Positions 20,036 through 27,658 of a stretch of 48,479 bases of DNA are shown here, in pieces (positions within the stretch are counted from its first letter, which is position 1; each line of letters starts with the position of its first letter). Both the position numbers and the translations under genes were made by a program. The stretch is taken from the NCBI GenBank assembly GCA_022562795.1, contig JADFOP010000012.1:1-48479 (forward strand). Direction: 5' to 3'. Below the pieces are notes generated by a model. That model did no database searches and was not told the DNA's origin. It saw only the letters and a program-made list of their open reading frames with translations. This DNA is from Nitrospinota bacterium. Its GTDB lineage: Bacteria > JADFOP01.

Positions 20036-21322
20036 GGGACAAATCCCATTTCTGAGGCGCCCCTCAGCCGGACGCTCTTCGCCGCCGACTGGGTGGTGCC
20101 CGTCGCCTCGCCCCCCATCCCGGAGGGCGGGGTGCTGGTGGAGGGGCCCCGGATCGTCGAGGTGGGCCGGGCCCAGGCCCTAAGAAGGGCCGGCGTAGAC
20201 GAGGTCCGCGACTTGTCAGGCCACCTCCTGCTGCCGGGCCTGGTGAACGCCCACACCCACCTGGAGCTCTCCTTCCTCAAAGGCCGCATAAGCCCCTCCC
20301 TCCCGTTCGACGGCTGGATCGAGGCCCTGGTCGGGGAGCTCCGAGAAGCCGACGAGGCGACATTAGCCGACGCCGCCCGGTCGGGTCTCGCCGAGCTTAC
20401 CGCCAACGGGACGACCGCCGTAGGCGACATCTCCCGAAGCGGCATCTCCCACCCAATCATTGCCGACTCAGGCCTCAAGGGGGTGGTCTTCGTCGAGGTT
20501 TTGGGATTCCACCCCGACCACGAGCAAAGGGCGCTGGATGCGGCCGTCGGAACTCTGGAGCGGCTGGCCGCCCGGCCCGAGTCCCCCCTCCACGTGGGGA
20601 TAACCCCCCACGCCCCATACTCCACCTCGCCGGCGCTCTACCGAGGGGCGGCTGGGCTCGCCCGCACCCGGGGCCTGCCACTGGCAGTCCACCTGGCAGA
20701 GACCCCGGAGGAGGAGCTCTTCGTCCGGGAGGGCCGGGGGCCCCTTAGAGACCTGCTCGCGCGGTTCGGCCTCTGGTACGGGGATTTTCCCATCCCCGGC
20801 TGCTCGCCCGTGGAATACCTCGAGAGCCTGGGGGTCCTGGCTGGAGCTCTGGCCGTCCACTGCAACACCGTTACAGACGATGAGGACATCGGGCGCCTCG
20901 CGGCCGCCGGGGCCCCGGTGGTGCTGTGCCCGGCAAGCAACGCGTGGTTCGGCCGGCCCTCCCGCCATCCCCTCCCGTTGATGCTGGAGGCCGGGCTGCT
21001 CTGCGCTCTGGGGACCGACAGCCTCGCAAGCAACGACCGCCTCGACCTGTTGAGCGAAATGACCCTCTGCGCCGCCTCCCACCCAGAGCTCGCCCCAGAA
21101 ACGGTGCTCCACATGGCGACCGACTGGGCCGCCGAGGCCCTGGGGTTGAGCGGGCGCTGCGGAAGCCTCGAGGCCGGAAAGGCCGCCGATCTTGTGGCGC
21201 TCCGGCTGCCGGCTGGCGATATCAAAGAGCCGGTCTCGTGGGTGGTGGGCGAGGCGACGGGTGAGGATGTAGCTCTCGTTACGATAGACGGTGCGGTGGC
21301 CCATCGCGCCGGCGAAGGGTAA
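20012..21322 (+). CDS. Metal-dependent amidohydrolase, probable aminodeoxyfutalosine deaminase
   Basis: PGLVNAHTHLELS, PHAPYS, HLAET.EE, VHC, LGTDSLASN. Position next to mqnC/mqnE supports the futalosine role. Confidence 0.8.
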   Translation: MAENGGKSGTNPISEAPLSRTLFAADWVVPVASPPIPEGGVLVEGPRIVEVGRAQALRRAGVDEVRDLSGHLLLPGLVNAHTHLELSFLKGRISPSLPFDGWIEALVGELREADEATLADAARSGLAELTANGTTAVGDISRSGISHPIIADSGLKGVVFVEVLGFHPDHEQRALDAAVGTLERLAARPESPLHVGITPHAPYSTSPALYRGAAGLARTRGLPLAVHLAETPEEELFVREGRGPLRDLLARFGLWYGDFPIPGCSPVEYLESLGVLAGALAVHCNTVTDDEDIGRLAAAGAPVVLCPASNAWFGRPSRHPLPLMLEAGLLCALGTDSLASNDRLDLLSEMTLCAASHPELAPETVLHMATDWAAEALGLSGRCGSLEAGKAADLVALRLPAGDIKEPVSWVVGEATGEDVALVTIDGAVAHRAGEG

Positions 21323-21330
21323 AGGGGGCC

Positions 21331-22006
21331 TGTCGTCACGCACTTCCCGTACTTCCTAATAAATGAACGGGTAGTCGGGGTCGCCCCTGACCCCGACACC
21401 ACCAAACCCCGGGTAGTCGGGCCGACCAAAGGTCTCTTGCGACCCAGCCCCCTTGGGGGCTTGCCCCGCTGCCTGCAGCACCTCGACACCAACAAACCCT
21501 GTAGGGACAGGGTTTACCCTGTCCGCAAAGAAAACCCGGACAGCCTAAATCCGCCTCAGGCGGACTACATTTTTAAATATCAAAAAACAGGCGGGCATGT
21601 CGTCACGCACTTCCCGTACTTCCCGTACTTCCCGAATTGAGAGCGATTTTTTTGCTTGATGTAGGGACAGGGCCGACCAAAGGTCGCTTGCGACTCCCTG
21701 TCCGTGGGCTAGGAGGACGAGTCTGCGGACACCCACAAGGGGCGTCCCTGCACAGGATTAGGCCAATGTATTGTCCGTTCTCTTGTTATGTAGGGACAGG
21801 GTTCATCCCTGTCCGGATCCCCGGGTAGTCGGGGTCGCCCCGGACCCCGACACAACCAGTGTAGGGACAGGGCTCGTCCCTGTCCGTGGGTATGAAGGGC
21901 AGATCGCTACCCTAAAGGCCGGACACCCACAAGGGGCGTCCCTACACAACAAGAACCCGGTGATTTTGTGGGGAATCATGAGTAAGGACAGCCCGCCTCA
22001 GGCGGA
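21331..22006. repeat. REP/BIME-like palindrome cluster (left)
   Basis: GTAGGGACAGGG..CCCTGTCC at 21501, 21661, 21790, 21861. Inverted partners GGACA..GTCCCTAC at 21727, 21921. GTAGTCGGGGTCGCCC..GACCCCGAC at 21369, 21823. TGTCGTCACGC(ACTTCCCGT)n at 21331, 21598. CCGCCTCAGGCGGA at 21551, 21993. Confidence 0.9.
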
Positions 22007-22135
22007 GCGCAGGCCCCTTAAACAATCGACCGGGTTGGGATTAAAGCATCAACCTCGTCTATCAGGAGCCCCATCCATTCCCCCGGCCCTCGCGGTGTGG
22101 TATATTTATGCTTTGGCGCGGACTGACGAGGGACC

Positions 22136-22360
22136 ATGATCGTGAAGCGGTTTACGGCGGTCATCACGAAGGAAGATGGCTGGTACGTCGCCCGGTGTGT
22201 GGAACTGGGCACCGTGAGCCAGGGAAAGACCATCGAGGATGCTCAGGCCAACCTCAAGGAAGCCGTCGAGCTCTACCTAGAAAGTTTCGGGACCGAAGAC
22301 CTGCCAGAGACGACGGGCGAGGTGTTGTTCTACCCCCTTGAGGTTCCTGTGAGTGACTAA
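22136..22360 (+). CDS. hicB: HicB-family antitoxin (short form)
   Basis: FTAVI.KEDGWYVA.C.ELG..SQG.T.E.A..NLKEA.ELYLE. Confidence 0.92.
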   Translation: MIVKRFTAVITKEDGWYVARCVELGTVSQGKTIEDAQANLKEAVELYLESFGTEDLPETTGEVLFYPLEVPVSD

Positions 22361-22578
22361 ACTCCCCGTCCTTTCTGGCAATGCGCTCATTGCCGCCCTC
22401 CAAAAAGCGGGATTCCAAGTCGTCCGGCAGAAGGGCAGCCACGTCAGTCTCCAGAAGAGGGACTATAAGACGGTAGTACCCCTCCATGACGAGTTGGCCA
22501 GAGGAACGCTGCCTCGCCATCCTGAAGCAGTGTGGGCTCTCCCGGGACGAGCTCCTCGCGCTGCTGAGGAAGGGGTAG
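22353..22578 (+). pseudogene. hicA: HicA-family toxin, frameshifted
   Basis: MTKLPVLSG..LI.ALQKAGF..VRQKGSH...VVP.H.EL.RGTL. An extra base near 22512 shifts the canonical tail LAILKQCGLSRDELLALLRKG* (TAG 22576-22578) out of frame. Confidence 0.88.
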
Positions 22579-22651
22579 AACGGCCAGCGGCTAAGCCTCA
22601 GGCGGACCTCAGGCGGAACCCCAACACGACTTGGCGAGGCCAAGGGATGAC

Positions 22652-22891
22652 TTAGGTCTCTTGATAGGCCCTTAAAAAATCTTCTCTCGGAATTCCCGCC
22701 TGGGTGCAGATGGTCCTCAAGGTCGAAGTCTTGATCCTTGGATGATTCGGCATGGTTAGGGGGGTCGATGTTCCATCAGGGTTCTGGCGGACCATGGAGA
22801 TGTGTTCCCGCTTTCGAACGATCTAGAACCCCAGTCTCTCGAATGCTTTGACCACTCGCCGGTTGGGGGCGTCGGCGGGGAACTTGGTCAT
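22652..22891 (-). pseudogene. hicA: HicA-family toxin with internal amber stop
   Basis: Not in ORF track. MTKFPADAPNRRVVKAFERLGF*IVRKREHISMVRQNPDGTSTPLTMPNHPRIKTSTLRTICTQAGIPREDFLRAYQET*, with TAG at 22823-22825 and the start overlapping the hicB stop (TGATG). Confidence 0.88.
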
Positions 22892-23115
22892 CAATCCTCA
22901 ACGCCTGCTTCGGCGACGAAGGCGTCCAGCACGTGCGGGGCCTCTTCCAGCACCTCTTTTCCAAATGACTCTACGTGAAAGTTGATGGCCGATTTCACAT
23001 CGGCCAGGGCGTCTTCGTAGCTATCGCCCTGTCCGACGATTACCCCCTTGAGCCCCAGGGGGTAGGCCACATACCCGTCCGGATGTTTCTCAACGATGAT
23101 TTTCACCTGCCGCAT
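22891..23115 (-). CDS. hicB: HicB-family antitoxin (short form)
   Basis: KIIVEKHPDGYVAYPLGLKG.IVGQGDSYEDALADVKSAI.FH.E. RBS AGGAG. Confidence 0.88.
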   Translation of the reverse strand: MRQVKIIVEKHPDGYVAYPLGLKGVIVGQGDSYEDALADVKSAINFHVESFGKEVLEEAPHVLDAFVAEAGVED

Positions 23116-23243
23116 TGAAAAGCGCTCCTCTCCTCACCGTCCGTGCCTCGGCGGCATAGACAGGCCTTTACTATAGCAGCATTGAACGGCCAACAAAAGC
23201 TCCCCTTTTTAAGGAGGGCCGTTCCTCATAGCCTGGAAGATAT

Positions 23244-23460
23244 GTAGGGAAAGGGCCGACCAAAGGTCGCTTGCGACTCCCTGTCCGTGGGCATGAAGGG
23301 CAGATCGCTGCCCGAAAGGCCGGACAGCCTAAAGGCTGTCCCTACATGATCTTGTGGCTGTGTAGGGACAGGGTTTATCCCTGTCCGTGGGTTTGAAGGG
23401 CGGGACGTGTGTACGGAGAGGGTTTATATATGGGTAGTCGGGGTCGCCCCTGACCCCGAC
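23244..23460. repeat. REP/BIME-like palindrome cluster (right)
   Basis: GTAGGGA.AGGG[GCCGACCAAAGGTCGCTTGCGACT]CCCTGTCC at 23244, inverted GGACAGCCTAAAGGCTGTCCCTAC at 23322-23345, further copy at 23362, GTAGTCGGGGTCGCCCCTGACCCCGAC at 23432. Confidence 0.9.
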
Positions 23461-23499
23461 ACCTTTTTAGGCGGACAACCGTCAATGCTTAGCACCAAC

Positions 23500-23582
23500 A
23501 AAAAAATGCCCGCCGCGCTGAGTGGCCTGAGGAGGAAGAAGGGATTTTTCACCCATCAACAAGACCACCAGGTGGCGGGCAT
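23500..23582 (-). terminator. Long hairpin plus U-tract (terminator or small RNA) downstream of the glgA-PFK operon
   Basis: Minus strand: ATGCCCGCCAC-CTG-GTGG...CCAC-T-CAG-CGC-GGCGGGCAT-TTTTTT. Confidence 0.55.
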
Positions 23583-23766
23583 AATATCATTACTTTACTT
23601 AATTAGACCCCGGTCCCCGGTATTTTGTTCTCCTAAACGGCGCTTCTCGCAAATGGCTGAAATATCAGCCTAAATCCCCCTTATCGATATTATTTCCAAA
23701 AACTCATCAGGTCTTTGCGCCGCTCCAATGAACTCTCCATATCGGCGCTCTCATCTCTTATTTCCT

Positions 23767-24795
23767 CTACCCAAAGAAGACCTCGGCGGAGGCGAAGAAG
23801 TCGGGGTCTACCTGCTTTTTCTCCCGGAGGGCCTCGACCAAAGGCACAGGGACGATCTGGCCGCACTGGAGGGCTACCATCATTCCCCACTTGCCCTCCT
23901 CTGCCAGCTCCACCGCCTTCAGCCCGAAGCGGGTCGCCAAAACCCGGTCGAAGGCCGTCGGCGTTCCACCTCTTTGAATATGGCCCAGGATGGTCACCCT
24001 GGTCTCGATGCCCGTTCGCCGTTCGATCTCGGAAGCGATTACGTTTGAGATGCCCCCCAGGCGGACGTGGCCGAACTCATCAACACGGCTGTCCTGGGTC
24101 ACGAATTCACTGCCCTCTTTCGGCTTCACTCCCTCTGCCACCACTACGATAGAGAAGCTCCTGCCCCTCTCCTTGCGCCTTAGAAGGATGTCGCAGACCT
24201 CCTCCATGTCGAATGGCCGCTCGGGGATGAGGATGCAGTCGGCCCCACCCGCAAGACCCCCCACGGTGGCAATCCACCCGGCGTGGCGGCCCATGACCTC
24301 GACCACCATGACCCGATGGTGGGCCTCTGCGGTGGTATGGAGCCGGTCTATAGCCTCGCACACGATCTGACAGGCCGTATCGAAGCCGAAAGTCGCCTCG
24401 GTGGCCCCGATGTCGTTGTCGATGGTCTTGGGCACCCCGACCACCCCTAAGCCCCTATCGTTGAGCTTCGCGGCCACCCCCAGTGTGTCGTCGCCGCCGA
24501 CGGCGATTATGCCGTCGAGACCGAATTTCCGCCAGTTCTCCTCGAGCCGTTGGATAGACTCGTCGCTTCTAAAAGGGTTGGTCCGGGAGGTCCCCAGGAT
24601 GGTCCCCCCTTTGGGGAGAATGCCGCTCACCGAGTAGTCGGTCAGGGGCGAAGCTTCGCCCTCGATTAGGCCGGCCCAGCCCTGCTTGATGCCGAGCACT
24701 GAATGGCCGAGCTTGCCCGCTCTCCTAACGACGGCCCGGATGACCGCGTTAAGGCCGGGACAATCGCCCCCGCCGGTCAGAATGCCCAGGTGCAT
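23767..24795 (-). CDS. pfkA: 6-phosphofructokinase, group III type (PPi-type signature)
   Basis: LTGGGDCPGLNAVIR, GGTILGTSR, GGDDT, PKTIDND, VEVMGR, LGHIQRGG. Confidence 0.93.
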   Translation of the reverse strand: MHLGILTGGGDCPGLNAVIRAVVRRAGKLGHSVLGIKQGWAGLIEGEASPLTDYSVSGILPKGGTILGTSRTNPFRSDESIQRLEENWRKFGLDGIIAVGGDDTLGVAAKLNDRGLGVVGVPKTIDNDIGATEATFGFDTACQIVCEAIDRLHTTAEAHHRVMVVEVMGRHAGWIATVGGLAGGADCILIPERPFDMEEVCDILLRRKERGRSFSIVVVAEGVKPKEGSEFVTQDSRVDEFGHVRLGGISNVIASEIERRTGIETRVTILGHIQRGGTPTAFDRVLATRFGLKAVELAEEGKWGMMVALQCGQIVPVPLVEALREKKQVDPDFFASAEVFFG

Positions 24796-24862
24796 AGCTT
24801 TCGTCCTCCTCCACCCGCCAAGCTAATGGGCGTCGGTTCGCTCCTGTCCCACGCTCCAGACA

Positions 24863-25219
24863 TCAGGTGGGCAAAAGGACCTTTCGCACCATTGCCTTTA
24901 GCTCGTCGAGGTCCGCCGACTTAACCACGTAGGCATCGGAGGCCCAAACGCTGAAATCCTGCTTGTATTCGCCGTAGGCGGTGACGATTATGACCGGCAA
25001 ATCCCGGTCTCTCTCCCTCAGGAGCCTAAGGAACTCGATGCCGTCGACCCCAGGCATCCGGATGTCCAGGGTGATGAGGTCGGGCCTTTCGGCTTCAATC
25101 TTCACCAGCGCTTCCTCTGCCGAGGCCGCAACAGACACCTCGTAGCCCTCATCGGCGAGCTCCTCCTTGTAAAGCAAGCGGATGTTCTCTTCGTCGTCGA
25201 TGACCAGAATCCGTTTCAT
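24863..25219 (-). CDS. Single-domain response regulator
   Basis: ILVIDDE, LDIRMP (phospho-Asp), TAY, K. Confidence 0.92.
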   Translation of the reverse strand: MKRILVIDDEENIRLLYKEELADEGYEVSVAASAEEALVKIEAERPDLITLDIRMPGVDGIEFLRLLRERDRDLPVIIVTAYGEYKQDFSVWASDAYVVKSADLDELKAMVRKVLLPT

Positions 25220-25251
25220 GACGTCGCTGCCTCCGAGCCGCGTAGCCTGCC

Positions 25252-27645
25252 TCAGCGCCCTTTCGGGGGGAGGCGCAATATGAACGTCACCCCCTCGCCC
25301 TCGCGGTTGATGACCTCAATCGCCCCGCCGTGGCCCCCGATTAGCCGCTTTGAGAGAGCCAGTCCGAGGCCCGTTCCCTCCCGCTTGGTGGTGAAGAAGG
25401 GATTGAAGATATTCTCTAGAACCTCCTGGGGAACCCCGCCACCGGTGTCGCTTATGGTGATAGCCACCCCCTCGCCGTCGGCCGTCGGCCACGGCTCGGT
25501 AATCACCGTCAACGTGCCGCCACCGGGCATGGCCTGCATGGCGTTGGCGAAGAGGTTGACGAAGACCTGCTTGAGCTGCTGGGAATCGGCCTCGATGGAG
25601 GGAAGGGTCGAGGAGAGATTGACATCGAGGGCAATCTGCTTGTCCTGAAAGTCCTCCCGGTAAATGTCGACCATGTCGCTCACAAGGGCGTTGATGCGGC
25701 AGGGCTCCAGCGACGGCGGCACCTGCTTGGAGTAGGACAGGACGTCGCCTAGGAGCGCCTCCAGGCGGTCCACCTCCCGAATGACGATGGAAGCGTAGTT
25801 CTTGTATGGAAAGTCCTCATCGAGCTTGCGGTGGAGGCGTCGGGCGAAGCCCCCGATGGTGGCCAGCGGGTTTCGGATCTCGTGGGCCAGGGCGGCCGTC
25901 ACCTCGCCCAGGGTCGCCATCCGCTCGCTCTCGATGAGGCGGCTTTGGACGGCACCGAGCTCGCCGGTCAGCTCCTTGAGCTTTTGGAAGAGCACAAGGT
26001 TTTCAATGGCAAGCCCCGCGTGGTTGGCGAAGCGGGAGAGGAAGTTGAGGTCCTCGTCTGTAATGGGCCTTTGGTTAAAGAGGTTATCGACTACGATGAC
26101 CCCGGTGACCTTGTCGGTGGCCATCAGCGGAACGGTGGCGAAGGCATCGGCCCCCAAGGCCTTCAGAAACTTCTCGTCCACCCTTGGGTCGGCCTGGGCG
26201 TCGGTGATGTTGAAGGCCTTCCTTTCACGAACCGTGAGACTCAATATCTCATCGGCCCGGTCCAGGGGCATGTTGAGGCTCCTTGCCATCCTGTCGAAGC
26301 GGCTCTCCCGGCCCACCAGCTGGCCGTCTGCGGCCGTGACCCACTCAAAGAGGCTTCGGCGCTCCTGGGCCAGGCGGCTCCAGATCTCGCCCGCCTCCTG
26401 AGCGCTATCGGGCCCCACCCCTCTCGTCCCCACCAGGGCGCCGGCCGCCTCGTCCACCATGAGAACCATCGCTCGGTTGAACCCGAAACCATCGCCCAGG
26501 GTCACGCAGGATAATATAATCTGCAAGAGCTTATCCAGGCTCATGGTGGTCCGCATGGCGTTGGAGATTTCGTAGAGGATGGAGAGCTCCCTAATCTTTA
26601 TAAGTTTCTCGCGGGCCAACCACTCCAGCCGCTCGTAGATGAAGGCGTTCTCGATGGCCGTGGCTGCATGGCTGGCGAAGGTGGAGAGCAGACGCTTGTC
26701 CGCGGCGCTGAAGGGGATCAAGCGGTCTGTCTCGGCGTCGCGCTTGCCGAACACCGTGAGGGCCCCTATGGCCCGTCCCTTGCTGATGATCGGGACGCAT
26801 AGCAGGGTCTGGAGCTCGCGCCCGAGTACGCCGGAATACCGAGGCTCGTGGGGCAAGTCGTCTACCCTCATCGGCGTGGCGGTGGCCACGACTTTGCCGG
26901 AAATCCCCTCGCCGAGCTTGAGCGGGGCAATCTCCCCAAGCGGCTGTGGCAGGCCGTAGGCGGCATTGACGAGGAGCTCGTTGCGGTCGAAGTCGACGAG
27001 CCGAAGGACGCTGGCCGTCGCCCTGGTCAGGTCCGAGCTGCTCTTGGCAATGAGGTTCAATACCTCGCTCAAGTCGAGGGTCGACGAGAGGGCCTGGCCC
27101 ACCTCGTAGAGGGCCGTCAGTTGGCTTAAGCGCTGGCGGGCCCGCTGGTAGAGCTGGGCGTGGCGGATTACGCTGGAGATTTGGTGGGCAACGGTCTGGA
27201 AGAACTCCACATCCCCTGGGCCGTAATCTCGCTCCTCGACGGCCTGGAGGTAGATGCACCCTATGGCCTTCTCCTCATCGATTATGGGCACACAGAGCAT
27301 GGACTTATATCGTTCCTCACCCGTCTCGGGAACGTAGAAGAAGCGCGGGTCCTTAGAGGCGTCCCTAAGAGCGATGGGCTGCTTGGTGGCTACCACGGTG
27401 CCCGTGATGCCTACCCCCTGTTTCAGGCGGACCCGCCCGACCGCCTCGGGGTTGAGACCCGTGGTGGCTTGCAGCACCAAGTCATCGGTCTCCTCGTCCA
27501 GGAGCACGATGGCGCACACGTCGGCTTGAAACCGCCCGCCCAGCATCTCAACGATGCCGTCGAGACGCTCCTGGAGGTCCATCGTGGAGTTGGCGATCTT
27601 CGCCACCTCGCCGACAATCTCCAGTTCCGCCCTCTCGGTTATCAC
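25252..27645 (-). CDS. Cytoplasmic triple-GAF sensor histidine kinase
   Basis: Three GAF domains, LAHEIRNPL H-box, N-box NLFANA, DTGGG, FNPFFTTK, GTGLGL. GTG start at 27645 behind a GGGAG RBS (track start 27756 overlaps glgA). Confidence 0.92.
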   Translation of the reverse strand: MITERAELEIVGEVAKIANSTMDLQERLDGIVEMLGGRFQADVCAIVLLDEETDDLVLQATTGLNPEAVGRVRLKQGVGITGTVVATKQPIALRDASKDPRFFYVPETGEERYKSMLCVPIIDEEKAIGCIYLQAVEERDYGPGDVEFFQTVAHQISSVIRHAQLYQRARQRLSQLTALYEVGQALSSTLDLSEVLNLIAKSSSDLTRATASVLRLVDFDRNELLVNAAYGLPQPLGEIAPLKLGEGISGKVVATATPMRVDDLPHEPRYSGVLGRELQTLLCVPIISKGRAIGALTVFGKRDAETDRLIPFSAADKRLLSTFASHAATAIENAFIYERLEWLAREKLIKIRELSILYEISNAMRTTMSLDKLLQIILSCVTLGDGFGFNRAMVLMVDEAAGALVGTRGVGPDSAQEAGEIWSRLAQERRSLFEWVTAADGQLVGRESRFDRMARSLNMPLDRADEILSLTVRERKAFNITDAQADPRVDEKFLKALGADAFATVPLMATDKVTGVIVVDNLFNQRPITDEDLNFLSRFANHAGLAIENLVLFQKLKELTGELGAVQSRLIESERMATLGEVTAALAHEIRNPLATIGGFARRLHRKLDEDFPYKNYASIVIREVDRLEALLGDVLSYSKQVPPSLEPCRINALVSDMVDIYREDFQDKQIALDVNLSSTLPSIEADSQQLKQVFVNLFANAMQAMPGGGTLTVITEPWPTADGEGVAITISDTGGGVPQEVLENIFNPFFTTKREGTGLGLALSKRLIGGHGGAIEVINREGEGVTFILRLPPKGR

Positions 27646-27658
27646 CGGTAGATCTCCC

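Noticed and set aside
21437-22139. Short ORFs within the repeat cluster
   Set aside because: They are translations of REP palindromes (VGTG..PVR, VVGVAPDPD) with no RBS or family features.
22353-22655. 100-aa extended HicA as a novel fusion
   Set aside because: The extension is the out-of-frame consequence of the +1 frameshift, and the canonical tail is present in the other frame.
21331-23460. CRISPR array or integron attC array
   Set aside because: The repeats are of several types, irregularly spaced and in both orientations. There are no uniform unique spacers, cas genes, integrase or RYYYAAC/GTTRRRY ends.
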